Program-made: the position numbers and the translations under genes | Part shown: positions 20,933-30,394 of the stretch, piece after piece | How positions within the stretch are numbered: position 1 is the first letter of the stretch | Layout of the letters: each line of letters begins with the position of its first letter | From: Coriobacteriales bacterium | GTDB taxonomy: Bacteria > Actinomycetota > Coriobacteriia > Coriobacteriales > UBA8131 | Assembly: GCA_031263025.1 (NCBI GenBank) | Contig: JAISGO010000038.1 | Location: 3,038-67,037 of the forward strand | Direction: 5' to 3' | Length of the DNA stretch: 64,000 nucleotides | The notes under the pieces: model-generated | Seen by the model: only the letters and a program-made list of their open reading frames with translations | Database searches by the model: none | Told to the model about the DNA's origin: nothing

Positions 20933-22227
20933 CTAACCCCCGACCTGATAGGGCAGGTACGTATCCTGCAAAAGCAGCGGCACCCGCAGGCTCATCAGGA
21001 TACCATCCTCGCGGTAGGTCTTGGCCAGCACCTTGCATTGTTCATAGGCGAGATGCTCAAGCTGACCTTGGGCATAAGGGATACATACTGTCAGGAGTTT
21101 GCTCAAACGGTCGGCCTCCTCCTCTAGGGCCCGAAGCAGGAGCTCCATCCCCTGGCCGCTCTCCGCCGAGATCAAGACCGCCTCGGGATAGGCCACTTGC
21201 AGGTCGGCCCGCTCCGCCGCCGCAAGCAAGTCGCATTTATTGAAGGCCAAAAGAATAGGAATGTCCTTAGCCCCGATCTGGGCCAAGGTGGCATCGACCG
21301 CCTTGATCTGACCTTCGCGCAATGACGAGGAAGCGTCCACTAGATGCAGGACCAAATCGGCCTGGGTGATTTCCTCCAAGGTGGAGTTGAAAGCTTGGAT
21401 CAGGGTAGTGGGGAGCTTCTGGATGAAGCCGACCGTGTCGCTTAGGGTAAAACGCCGCCCATCGGGGAAAGCGGCCTTACGAGTGGTCGAGTCAAGGGTG
21501 GCGAAAAGCTTGTCATCAGCATAAGCCACGCCTTTGGTCAAGGTGTTGAGCAAGGTAGACTTGCCGGCGTTGGTATAGCCAGCCAGCGCCACCTTAAAGA
21601 CCCCCGAGGCCAGGCGGCCTCGACGCTGCTGGGCACGTTCTGCCGCCACCCGGGCAAGTTCTATCTTGGTGCGGTCGATACGCCGGTGCACCATCCGCCG
21701 GTCAACCTCGAGCTGGCTCTCACCCTCGCCGAAGCGCCCGCCTACACCGCCGCCCATGTGGCCAGAGGCCAAGTGGCTCCACATTCCGCGCAGCCGGGGT
21801 AGCAGGTATTGGTCTTGGGCCAAACGCACCTGCAGGCGCCCCTCGCGGTCTGGGCCCGCATCCCAAAGATATCTAGGATCAGGGCGGTGCGGTCAAGCAC
21901 TTTGGGAGCGCCGAGCTCGCGCTCGAGGTTGTCCTGTTGGGTCGGCGACAGCTCGTCGTCGAAGATCACCAGATCGGCATCGTGGCGCAGGACTGCCGCC
22001 GCCACTTCGCGCACCTTACCGGAGCCGATGAAAGTGGCGCCATTGGGGCGTTCCAGAGCCTGGCTGAACTCCCCCACCACCTCAGCGCCGGCGGTCTCAG
22101 TCAAACGGGCCAGCTCGGCCAGGGAATCCTCTACCGGCAGCAGCTGTCCACGCTGCTTCACCCCGACCAAGATCGCACGCTCGCGCGGCGCCGCCGTCTC
22201 CTGCAGCCTTGTCCTACTTTTTGCCAT
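20933..22227 (-). pseudogene. hflX: GTPase HflX, interrupted by a 1-nt frameshift (or sequencing error)
   Basis: The N-domain ORF (21742..22290) and the GTPase ORF (20933..21829: GYTNAGKSTL, DTVGF, NKCD) overlap. Restoring one C in CAGACC^GCGAGGGG (plus 21847-21848) gives the canonical RAQTREGRLQVRLAQ. Confidence 0.8.
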
Positions 22228-22249
22228 ACCGCTATAGTAGACTAAAAAC

Positions 22250-22828
22250 ATGCGTGAATTGCTTTTCGAGACTTCTACGCCCATGGCCAACGTAATCCCG
22301 CCCTACCAGGGTCTACAGGCAGAAGAGCTAAAAGGCCATCTCGCTCCCCAGCGCTCACCCTTGCTCAACCTCTGCATGAACCTGACCTCGGATTTCAACA
22401 AGGCCCAGCTGATCCGAGCCAGCAACGCTTTCCTAGCCCGGGCGGTCTGGCTGATCGGCACACGCAAGCTCGATTGCCGGGGGGCGGTCGGGATGCAATT
22501 TCTAGAGAAGGTCTGGGAATGTTCTAGCCTCGACGAAGCCGCAGCCGTGCTTGAGGCCGAAGACTATGTCCTCTTTGCCATCGACAACCAGCCCGAGCAA
22601 CACCCACGCTCGATTCACCAAGTCGAGCTGCCCCTACGCAGCGCCTTCCTTTACGGTGAGGAACGCCTCGGCCTTAGCGCCGGAGCGGTCGCCCGTTGCG
22701 GCGGCGGTATGCTCTGCATCCCCCAGCGCGGTGCCATCGCCAGCTTAAACGTCGCCCAAGCCGCCGCCGTGGCCATGGCCGAATACAACCGCCAACACCC
22801 ACTCAAGCAATCCAACGGGGACACTTAA
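22250..22828 (+). CDS. SpoU/TrmH-family RNA 2'-O-methyltransferase
   Basis: LYGEERLGLS and IPQRGAIASLNVAQAAAVAMAEY C-terminal knot motifs. Confidence 0.7.
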   Translation: MRELLFETSTPMANVIPPYQGLQAEELKGHLAPQRSPLLNLCMNLTSDFNKAQLIRASNAFLARAVWLIGTRKLDCRGAVGMQFLEKVWECSSLDEAAAVLEAEDYVLFAIDNQPEQHPRSIHQVELPLRSAFLYGEERLGLSAGAVARCGGGMLCIPQRGAIASLNVAQAAAVAMAEYNRQHPLKQSNGDT

Positions 22829-22908
22829 AATTGCCTGGCTAAAGCTGGCACAAATGCTACAATCTGTATCAGTTGCCCAAAAGCCAGAAGAAAAGTGAGG
22901 AAAACCCT

Positions 22909-23355
22909 ATGGCCAAGATCATCAATGTCACTGCTGACACCGTCTCGATCGGACTCGACGACGGCAGCCTTAAAGACGTGCCGCGCAATGTCTTTAACTT
23001 CGAGCCCGTGATCGGCGACCAAGTCGACTATTTCGAGAGCGCCGACCATGTGGTCATCAACAAGGTCAACAACGTCCAGGCCCAGGTCATCAACAACCCT
23101 GACGCCAAGTCAAAGCTGGCCGCTGGCCTGCTCGGCATTTTCTTAGGCGAGCTCGGCATCCACAATTTCTATCTCGGCTTCACCACCAAGGCTTTGATCC
23201 AGCTCTTGGTCACCATCATCGGCGGCGTTTTCACCTTGGGCCTGGCTTCTTTCGGCATGTGGGTCTGGGGCTTGGTCGAGGGCATCATGATCTTGTCCAG
23301 CAAACCCGGCAACAAGTGGCACCAAGACGCCACCGGTCTTGAGCTCAACGACTAG
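22909..23355 (+). CDS. TM2-domain membrane protein
   Basis: GIFLGELGIHNFYLG.. two-helix TM2 pattern; ATG 22909 after GAGGA. Confidence 0.7.
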   Translation: MAKIINVTADTVSIGLDDGSLKDVPRNVFNFEPVIGDQVDYFESADHVVINKVNNVQAQVINNPDAKSKLAAGLLGIFLGELGIHNFYLGFTTKALIQLLVTIIGGVFTLGLASFGMWVWGLVEGIMILSSKPGNKWHQDATGLELND

Positions 23356-23360
23356 AAGAG

Positions 23361-23831
23361 CTAAGCCAGCGGGTCAATCCGCAGAACCTGACCAGCCAAA
23401 GCCGCCTGAGCGATCTCTGCGAGGGCGGCTTTTTTCGTGCAGAGTTCTAGATAGAAATAATCCTCCTGGTTCGCCGCCCGGCAAAGCGCTGCGTCCTCTG
23501 CCACGAAAAGCGCTCCCGAGCGCGAGATCAGGAAAACCTCTCCGCCTGGCACCTCGAGCAGCCGCCAAGCGAGGCAGCGCTCTTCTGCCACTTCGCATAC
23601 CCGTGTAAAACGCAAACCCAAGCCCTCCCCGCCATAGGCTGGCTGGTAGTCACGCACCCGGTACTCGAGGCCAGCGATTCCCTGGTTCTGCGCGGATTTG
23701 GCAAAATCCCGGCCGAACTCGGCCAGGCCCAAGCGGAAGTCACGCCGCTGCGCCTCGGCCTCAAGCTGGTTGGCTTTGGCGATGATCTCGGCCTCGGTTG
23801 GGTTGGGGCTGTCGAAGGGCGGTTTGGGCAT
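23361..23831 (-). CDS. hypothetical protein
   Basis: 156-aa ORF with normal composition; TACAAT 7 nt upstream of the ATG (possible leaderless transcript). Confidence 0.45.
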   Translation of the reverse strand: MPKPPFDSPNPTEAEIIAKANQLEAEAQRRDFRLGLAEFGRDFAKSAQNQGIAGLEYRVRDYQPAYGGEGLGLRFTRVCEVAEERCLAWRLLEVPGGEVFLISRSGALFVAEDAALCRAANQEDYFYLELCTKKAALAEIAQAALAGQVLRIDPLA

Positions 23832-23942
23832 GACCTGATTGTAGCAGAGGGGTTGCCTTAGAAACTATCGGAGACGCTTAAAACGCCCACAATCATAAAC
23901 TTCTTCTGCCCTGTATGCATTTGTTTTGTCTAGGATAGGTTT

Positions 23943-25205
23943 ATGACAAGACAACATCTGCTTCCCCTCACGGTCGCCATGCGCCGGCGCTGGCTTTACC
24001 TCGTCCTGGCCATGCTGGCCCTGCTCTTCCTCGGTTTTATCTATGGTTGGTCTATCCTCTCCGAACCGCTCGCTGGCGAGTTCGGCTGGAACGCCACCCA
24101 GCTCTCCGTCCCTTTCACCATCTGCACCAGTTGTTACTGCATCAGCGGCGTGGTCGGGGCCTACTTGACCCGGGCGACCTCGCTGCGCGTGACCATGTTA
24201 GCTGCCGCCGTACTCGGCCTAGCCGGTTATGGCCTCTGTAGCGGGCTCAATGCGAACGGCCTGCCGCTGCTCTATGTCGCCTACGGGGTGGGGGTCGGCT
24301 TTTGTTCCGGTATGGCTTATAACGCCATCCTGGGCTCTGTTAACCGTTGGTTTCCTGACCACGTGGGTTTGTCCTCCGGCCTCTTGATGATGGGCTTTGG
24401 GCTATCCAACTTGGTCCTCGGCTCACTAGTAGGTTGGCTGATCGAGGTGCTCGGCTGGCGTCCCAGTTTCCTTGCCCTCGGCATCGTCACCGCAGTGGTG
24501 CTTTTCTTGGTCTCACTGGTCTTGCGTGCCCCCGATGAAGGCCAGGAGCTCCCCCCGGTGATCAAGAGCGACGACGCGGAGGGACAGGCGAAAGCCCGCA
24601 AATGGGGTTACAGCGGCCTTGAGATCGACAGCCGCGGGATGCTCAAACGCCTACAATTCTGGCTGATCTTCATCTTCGCCACTTTCTGCGCACTTTGTTA
24701 TCTGGCCGTGGTCGGCCATGCTTCGCAGATCTCGGTGGACTCCGGTACGCCCTTTGCCTGGGCGGCCTTTACCGTGGGGATCTTGGCTTTGGCGGACAGC
24801 GTCACCCGGATCGTGGGCGGCATCGTCTTTGACCGTTTCGGCTACCGGGTGAGCCTCTTGATCAGCCCGATCGGTTTTGGGGTTGCCGCGCTCTGCCTCT
24901 TCGGCGCGCTGGTCTTACACTCCCCTGCCCTCACTATCATCGGCTTTATCGGCACCGGGGTCGGCTTTGGCAACTGGTCGACCATCTACTCGGCGATCCT
25001 GATCCGTTTCTTCGGTGGACGCTACTACGGCACCAATGTCTCCATCGCCTATCTGGACTTCGTCCCGGCATCGATCGCTGGGCCGCTTCTGCTTGGCGCC
25101 GTCGACACTGCCAGCGGCAGTTTTGCCTGGGCTTTCCCGGCGCTTTTCCTGCTTTGCGTGGCAGCTTTGATCTTTAGCCGTTTCGTGCACCCACCTAAGC
25201 GGTAG
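23943..25205 (+). CDS. MFS transporter (oxalate/formate-antiporter-like)
   Basis: ~12 hydrophobic helices with a central loop, MFS-like. Confidence 0.8.
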   Translation: MTRQHLLPLTVAMRRRWLYLVLAMLALLFLGFIYGWSILSEPLAGEFGWNATQLSVPFTICTSCYCISGVVGAYLTRATSLRVTMLAAAVLGLAGYGLCSGLNANGLPLLYVAYGVGVGFCSGMAYNAILGSVNRWFPDHVGLSSGLLMMGFGLSNLVLGSLVGWLIEVLGWRPSFLALGIVTAVVLFLVSLVLRAPDEGQELPPVIKSDDAEGQAKARKWGYSGLEIDSRGMLKRLQFWLIFIFATFCALCYLAVVGHASQISVDSGTPFAWAAFTVGILALADSVTRIVGGIVFDRFGYRVSLLISPIGFGVAALCLFGALVLHSPALTIIGFIGTGVGFGNWSTIYSAILIRFFGGRYYGTNVSIAYLDFVPASIAGPLLLGAVDTASGSFAWAFPALFLLCVAALIFSRFVHPPKR

Positions 25206-25212
25206 GAAGAGA

Positions 25213-25239
25213 AAGGGGACGCCTTATAAGGTGCCCCCC
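25213..25239. terminator. imperfect palindrome between convergent MFS and adenylation genes
   Basis: AAGGGGACGCCTTATAAGGTGCCCCCC. Confidence 0.55.
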
Positions 25240-25247
25240 GATGGTTT

Positions 25248-26801
25248 CTAGATCTGGGGTTCGCGGAGGACGAGGGGGAGGGCTTTGAGGTCGACTTTGC
25301 CGGAGGAGCCCTTGGGGAGTTCGGCGAGCTGGACGAAGAACTCGGGGACCATGAAGGCGGCCAGGTAGCTCGCGGCGTGGCTGCGCAGCGCGACCACGTC
25401 GAGCGGGGTGTCGGCGTCTTCTGCCACCACGTAGGCGGTCAGATAAGCCAGGTTGGCGGCGTCGAAATGGGCGCAGACCACCGCCTCGCGCACGGCCGGA
25501 TGGCGCTCGATCACGGCCGCCACCTCGCCGGGCTCGACCCGGCGGCCGAGGATCATCACCTGGGCGTCAGCCCGGCGCAGGAAAGCCAGGTTACCGTCAG
25601 GTAGGAGGTAGCCGAGGTCGCCGGAGGTGTAGAAGCGGCTGCCGTCCGCCGCCTCCTTGAAGGCCGTCGCGCTGGCAGGGTTGCCGACGTAGCCGAGTCC
25701 GACACCGCCGCCGTAGATGTAGATCTCGCCGGCGTCGCCCGCGGGGACCTCATGCCCGGCATTATCCATCACCTTGATCTCAGTGCCGAGGATCGGGCGA
25801 CCGACCGGGTAGCTGCCGTCTTCGAGCTCGGTGTCAGGGCGACAGTGGAAGTAACTGCAGCAGACCGTGGTCTCGGAGGGGCCGTAGGTGTTGTAGACGG
25901 CGATGCGGCCGACCAGGCGGTCGACGTAGGAGGCGCGCACGACATCGCCGCCGCTGATCAGCAAACGCAGGGAGCGGGGCAGGTCGGTGGCGACCTCGGA
26001 GGCGTTGAACTCGCGGATGAAATAGGGGAAGCCGGTGACGATGGTCACGCCATAGGCGGTGATGAAGTCGAGCAGGCGGGCGAAGTCGGCTTTGCTTTGC
26101 GGGCCCGGGATGGCGAGGCTGCCGCCGTGCAGGAGCACCGGGAAGACCTCCTCGGTGAAGATGTCGAAGCTGCAGACGGAGTATTGCAGCATCACGTCCG
26201 CTGGTCCCGGCGCGAACTCGTGGGCGAAAGCATTGACATAATGGAGCACGTTGCCCTGGCTGATCTGCACGCCCTTGGGGGCGCCGGTCGAGCCGGAGGT
26301 GTAGAGGATGTAGGCGCGGTCTGCGGCGGAGGCGTCGGCCGGGGCGGCGGTCAGCTCGAGCTCGGAGGCGGCGTCTGCATCTGAACCGTCCGCGATCCGG
26401 CGCATCTTGGCGAGCAGCTTCTCCGGCCCCAGGAAATAGAGCGGGCCGCTCTCGAAAAGGTCGGCGTACTCGTGCTGAGTGATTGAGAGGGTGCTGTCGC
26501 TTTGCGCCATCATGTTGCGGATGCGCTCGGCGGGGAAGCTCGGCTCGGCCGGGACGTAGGCGGCGCCGGTCTTGAGGACGGCGAGGATCGCGGCGATCAG
26601 CATGACCGTGTGGTCGAGCACCAACCCGATGCACTCGCCGCGGTGCTCCCAGCCGATCTCGGCGGCAATCAGGTCGCTGAGTAGGTCAAGTTCTTTGAAA
26701 GTCAACTGGCAGCGCTCATCGCTGAGCGCGATGGCCTCAGGCGTAGCCTGGGCCTGGGCCCTATAGGCGCCTGCGATACTCTGAAAATCCGAACTCTGCA
26801 T
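25248..26801 (-). CDS. stand-alone AMP-dependent adenylation enzyme (NRPS A-domain / DltA-like)
   Basis: YTSGSTGAPKG, YGPSETT, YTSGDLGY, SSGKVD core motifs; ATG 26801 after GGGGAAG; no carrier or condensation domain nearby. Confidence 0.8.
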   Translation of the reverse strand: MQSSDFQSIAGAYRAQAQATPEAIALSDERCQLTFKELDLLSDLIAAEIGWEHRGECIGLVLDHTVMLIAAILAVLKTGAAYVPAEPSFPAERIRNMMAQSDSTLSITQHEYADLFESGPLYFLGPEKLLAKMRRIADGSDADAASELELTAAPADASAADRAYILYTSGSTGAPKGVQISQGNVLHYVNAFAHEFAPGPADVMLQYSVCSFDIFTEEVFPVLLHGGSLAIPGPQSKADFARLLDFITAYGVTIVTGFPYFIREFNASEVATDLPRSLRLLISGGDVVRASYVDRLVGRIAVYNTYGPSETTVCCSYFHCRPDTELEDGSYPVGRPILGTEIKVMDNAGHEVPAGDAGEIYIYGGGVGLGYVGNPASATAFKEAADGSRFYTSGDLGYLLPDGNLAFLRRADAQVMILGRRVEPGEVAAVIERHPAVREAVVCAHFDAANLAYLTAYVVAEDADTPLDVVALRSHAASYLAAFMVPEFFVQLAELPKGSSGKVDLKALPLVLREPQI

Positions 26802-26887
26802 CTTCCCCTGCTTTCCACTTTTTTCGCAACGCAACATAGTGTAGTGCAAGGATGCTCCACCATAGTGGGGACTGGTACTCTTCTCAC

Positions 26888-26943
26888 TTGACAGCATAAC
26901 ATTGTTGCGATATTATTGTAAAACATTGTTTCGTAACATTGTT
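26888..26943 (+). promoter_or_regulatory. promoter (TTGACA-17-TATTAT) plus three copies of the 9-bp palindrome AACATTGTT
   Basis: TTGACA 26888-26893, TATTAT 26911-26916; AACATTGTT at 26898, 26922 and 26935. Confidence 0.55.
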
Positions 26944-26972
26944 TTGTCGAATGCTGGAAGAAAGGAGAAGCA

Positions 26973-27356
26973 ATGGTCAAAAAGCGAGACGCCGGCGGAG
27001 ACGAGCCTTGGATCTCGAAGAAGCAGCTGCTGGCCGAGACCGGCATCTCCTACGGGCAACTCTATCGCTGGAAACGCGAGGGGTTGTTGCCCGAGGCGTG
27101 GTTTCACAAACGGTCGGCGCCGACCGGGCAGGAGACTTATTTTCCGCGGGAGGCGGTGCTCGCGCGCATCAAGCGCATCAAGGAGCTGAAGAACGACAAG
27201 TCCCTGGAAGAGATCGCCGAGGTGCTACCCACTCCCCTCTCATACGAGGCCGAGAAGGTGGCGACGGAGCTCGCGCAGAACCAGGATTTCATCAAGCGGG
27301 TGGCCACAGCCGTCGCGGCGTTAAGGGTCCCAGCGGACCCGGACAAGGAGGCGTGA
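26973..27356 (+). CDS. MerR-like HTH protein (YhbD/DUF4004-like)
   Basis: ISKKQLLAETGISYGQLYRWKREGLLP HTH; RBS AAAGGAG. Confidence 0.65.
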   Translation: MVKKRDAGGDEPWISKKQLLAETGISYGQLYRWKREGLLPEAWFHKRSAPTGQETYFPREAVLARIKRIKELKNDKSLEEIAEVLPTPLSYEAEKVATELAQNQDFIKRVATAVAALRVPADPDKEA

Positions 27357-27358
27357 GC

Positions 27359-28108
27359 ATGTTCGAGAACGAACAACAGAAGGCCAGCTGGAAGGCGGCC
27401 AAAGCCAAGATCAAGGCCGACAAGAAGGCCTTCAAACAGGGACTGCACGTCGAGACCGGCTACGAGGGCGGCGTCGGCAACATCAACGACCAGGGCGCAG
27501 ACCGCCTGGTCGAAGGCGTCATTAACATGGCTGGCGGCGATTTCCGGCGTGTCTTCGTCGAAGGCGTCCTGAACACGAGCGGCGCGCTCACCGCCGAGCT
27601 GCTCGACGTCTCCGGCGTGGCCAATTTCAACGGCGACCTCAAGGTCGGCGATTTCGCCTGCGAGGGCACCATCAACATCCGAGGCGACGTCAAGGCCGAG
27701 CAAGTCGGCATCGAGGGCGTGGTGAATGTGAATAGTGGCAAGCTCGAGGCCACCGAAATCAACTGCGACGGCGTACTGCGCGTCAAGCAGGGCGAGGTCT
27801 CGGCGGACCGGATCGACGCCGAAGGCAGCATCTGGGCGAGCCAGATCGTGGGCGACCAGGTGCGGATCTGCAATAAGTACAAGTCCAGCTTCTGGACGAG
27901 CCTGCTCAACTCTTTCGGCCCGACCAAGGTCGACCTGATCGAGGCCACCGATATCCACCTGGAGAAGGTGGTCGCGAACCAGGTCAACGGCGAGCACATC
28001 GAAATCGGCCCGAAATGCGAAATCGACCACGTCGACTGCTCCGGCACCCTCCACGTCGACCCCTCCGCCACCGTCGGGAGCATCACTGGTGACTGCCGGA
28101 CGGTGTGA
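27359..28108 (+). CDS. bactofilin-like (polymer-forming beta-helix) protein
   Basis: repeated V.G.(I/V)...G beta-helix rungs. ATG 27359 lies 3 nt after the upstream stop. The first 140 codons of ORF-track 26939..28108 are an out-of-frame overlap. Confidence 0.7.
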   Translation: MFENEQQKASWKAAKAKIKADKKAFKQGLHVETGYEGGVGNINDQGADRLVEGVINMAGGDFRRVFVEGVLNTSGALTAELLDVSGVANFNGDLKVGDFACEGTINIRGDVKAEQVGIEGVVNVNSGKLEATEINCDGVLRVKQGEVSADRIDAEGSIWASQIVGDQVRICNKYKSSFWTSLLNSFGPTKVDLIEATDIHLEKVVANQVNGEHIEIGPKCEIDHVDCSGTLHVDPSATVGSITGDCRTV

Positions 28109-28159
28109 GCTGAGTTTTGCTAAGATGGGGCGAGTAGCCCGCAAGAGAAAGTGTGTGCC

Positions 28160-28489
28160 ATGAGTGAGAAAGTCACGGCCGGACACGACCAGCTGGGTGC
28201 CTTCGCGCCGAAATTCGCCGAGCTCAACGACGACGTCCTGTTCGGGGAGGTGTGGAGCCGCGAGAGCGAACTGGGCGCGCGCGACCGCAGCTTCGTCACG
28301 ATCAGCGCGCTGATCGCCCAGGGCGCCTTCGAGCAGCTGCCCTTCCACATGGCCAAGGCCAAGGCGAACGGCCTCACGGCGACGGAGGTCAGCGAGGCCA
28401 TCACCCATCTGGCCTTCTACGTGGGCTGGCCCAAGGCCTGGAGCGCCTTCACGATCGCCCAAGACGTCTACGGCGAGGAGGCGAAGTGA
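28160..28489 (+). CDS. carboxymuconolactone decarboxylase (AhpD-like) family protein
   Basis: RDRSFVTISALIAQG, ITHLAFYVGWP. Confidence 0.8.
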   Translation: MSEKVTAGHDQLGAFAPKFAELNDDVLFGEVWSRESELGARDRSFVTISALIAQGAFEQLPFHMAKAKANGLTATEVSEAITHLAFYVGWPKAWSAFTIAQDVYGEEAK

Positions 28490-28490
28490 G

Positions 28491-28931
28491 ATGACCGATC
28501 TTAAGACCCTACAATGCGCACAGCCATCCGGACGGTCCACCGAGAGCGGCGGCCTCTTCGGACTAGGTGAGCCGAACAGCGCCTTCGGGCAGTACTTCAT
28601 CGGCCAGAGCTATCTGAAACCGCTGGCCTCGAGCCTGGGCGTCTCCAACGTCACCTTCGAGCCCGGTTGCCGCAACAACTGGCACATCCACCACGGCGGC
28701 GGTCAGATCCTGCTGGTCACCGACGGACGCGGCTGGTACCAGGAATGGGGCAAACCCGCCCGCGAGCTCAAGCCCGGCGACACGGTCGACATCCCGCCCG
28801 AGGTCAAACACTGGCACGGCGCCGCCAAGGACAGCTGGTTCTGCCACGTCGCCATCGCCGTCCCCGGCCCAGACGCCTCGAACGAATGGCTCGAAGCGGT
28901 CAGTGACGCAGAGTACGACAAGCTGGACTGA
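28491..28931 (+). CDS. cupin-domain protein
   Basis: NNWHIHHGGGQILLVTDG..PPEVKHWHGA cupin barrel motifs. Confidence 0.8.
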   Translation: MTDLKTLQCAQPSGRSTESGGLFGLGEPNSAFGQYFIGQSYLKPLASSLGVSNVTFEPGCRNNWHIHHGGGQILLVTDGRGWYQEWGKPARELKPGDTVDIPPEVKHWHGAAKDSWFCHVAIAVPGPDASNEWLEAVSDAEYDKLD

Positions 28932-28942
28932 ACTTGCGGAGT

Positions 28943-29024
28943 CAAACGGGGACACTCTAAATAGCCTCGCCACCGTTTACTCGCTTGTGGCCATATCCAA
29001 GGCTATTTAGAGTGTCCCCGTTTG
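28943..29024. repeat. perfect 24-bp-stem hairpin of the GGGGACACTCTAAAT family
   Basis: CAAACGGGGACACTCTAAATAGCC (28943-28966) / GGCTATTTAGAGTGTCCCCGTTTG (29001-29024). Confidence 0.9.
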
Positions 29025-29027
29025 TTA

Positions 29028-29066
29028 GAACCGATCAGTGACGAAGAGTACGCCAAACTAGACTAA
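29028..29066 (+). pseudogene. 39-bp remnant of a second cupin-gene 3' end
   Basis: [12 protein letters not shown] versus the intact gene end EAVSDAEYDKLD* (28893-28931), 32/39 nt identical. Confidence 0.6.
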
Positions 29067-30394
29067 TCCAACTCCGCGAACTTAGCCTTCATGGTCTTGT
29101 TGCCACGGGTGAGCTTCTTCACGGTCAGGTCCTCGGCCTTGTTATTAGCTAAGCGCAGGTTGTTCTCCGATTTGGTCAGGGCATCCTTAATCTTCTGCAG
29201 GTGGTCGATGGACTTGTCGATCTCGAGGATCGCGGTGTCGAACTGGTTGCTGGCCAGCTCGAAGTTACGCGCGAAGCCGGTCTTGAACTTCTCTATTTTG
29301 TCCTCGAAGTTCGTCACGTCGATGTTCTGCTGACGAACCAGGGCCAGTTCCTGTTTGGCGCCAAAGGAGTTCTTGGCAACGTTCCGCAGGATGCCGATCA
29401 GCGGGATGAAGAACTGCGGCCGGATGAAATACATCTTGCCATATTCGTAGGACAGGTCCAGGATGCCCTGATTATAAAGGTCGCTCTCCTGCTCGAGCAT
29501 CGACACCAGCACCGCGTACTCGCATTTCTTCGCCCGTCTGTCCTTGTCCAGTTTGGCCAGGAAATCCTCGTTCCTATGCTTAGTGGCCGTCGTGTCGTTC
29601 TCGTTCTTCATCTCGAACATGATGGAGATCAGCTCGACCCCGTCCTCGTCGCACTCGCGGAAGATGAAATCGCCTTTGCTCCCCTCCGAGGCGTCATTAT
29701 CCTTACCGAACTCCGCCCGCGGGAAGGCCGTCGCCCGGATCTTGTTGAACTCGTCCTGGCAATAACGCTCCAGGCTCTCCCCCACCATCTTGGTCGAGAG
29801 GCTCTGCCGGTATTCCTTCAGCTGCTCGATCTGCTCGTCCTTGAGTTTGAGCGCGCCCTCGTACTTGTCGCGCTGCGCCCGCTGCGCCAGCTCGGCCTCG
29901 CTCTGCTGGGCCTTGATCTGCGCCTCCGTCGTCGCCGCCTGCTTGTCGAGCTCAGCCCGCGCCTGGTCGCGCTCTTTCTCGACGTCTTTGATGGCCTCCG
30001 CCACCGCCAACTTCTGCGCGCTCGCCCCCTCCTTCACCTGCGAGCGCAACTCTGCCAGCTCCGCCTCCCGCCGACTGATCTGTTCCTGCAATTCCTGTTT
30101 GGTTTGAATAGTGGCGAGTTCGACCTGGGCGGCTTGCCTCTTCTGATTCTCCTCCAAGGTGGTCTGGAGCTTCGACAACTCGGCCTGAAGTTGGGCATTC
30201 TCCTTTTGTGCAGCCGCCTTGGCCTCGGCTACCGCCGTCTCCTGCTGGCTTGCGGCGACTTTCGCCAGCTCAGCCTCGCGGTCTTTGACCGCCTGCTGGA
30301 ATTCCTTGTCATGCACCTGCTTGACGATGTCGGCGTAGCCGCTCTCGTCTACCGTGAACACCGTCCCGCACTTCGGACATCTTATCTCGCTCAT
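29063..30394 (-). CDS. DUF2130 family protein (Zn-ribbon, coiled coil, nuclease-like C-terminus)
   Basis: [12 protein letters not shown] zinc ribbon, ~200-aa Gln/Glu/Ala coiled coil, C-terminal [10 protein letters not shown].. region. Confidence 0.7.
   Translation of the reverse strand: MSEIRCPKCGTVFTVDESGYADIVKQVHDKEFQQAVKDREAELAKVAASQQETAVAEAKAAAQKENAQLQAELSKLQTTLEENQKRQAAQVELATIQTKQELQEQISRREAELAELRSQVKEGASAQKLAVAEAIKDVEKERDQARAELDKQAATTEAQIKAQQSEAELAQRAQRDKYEGALKLKDEQIEQLKEYRQSLSTKMVGESLERYCQDEFNKIRATAFPRAEFGKDNDASEGSKGDFIFRECDEDGVELISIMFEMKNENDTTATKHRNEDFLAKLDKDRRAKKCEYAVLVSMLEQESDLYNQGILDLSYEYGKMYFIRPQFFIPLIGILRNVAKNSFGAKQELALVRQQNIDVTNFEDKIEKFKTGFARNFELASNQFDTAILEIDKSIDHLQKIKDALTKSENNLRLANNKAEDLTVKKLTRGNKTMKAKFAELD

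Noticed and set aside
25834-26634. 266-aa Arg/Pro-rich ORF on the minus strand inside the adenylation gene (different frame)
   Set aside because: Its composition (R/P/H runs) is typical of an out-of-frame shadow ORF in very GC-rich DNA. The frame carrying clear AMP-binding motifs explains the region.
26939-27358. N-terminal 140 codons of ORF-track 26939..28108
   Set aside because: This part overlaps the MerR-like gene out of frame and is Arg/Gly-rich. The bactofilin repeats start only after ATG 27359, which directly follows the upstream stop.
27137-28600. 487-aa minus-strand ORF antisense to the bactofilin, CMD and cupin genes
   Set aside because: It has no recognisable motifs and is rich in Ala/Gly/Asp/Val. 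It spans three well-supported plus-strand genes, so it is a GC-rich shadow ORF.
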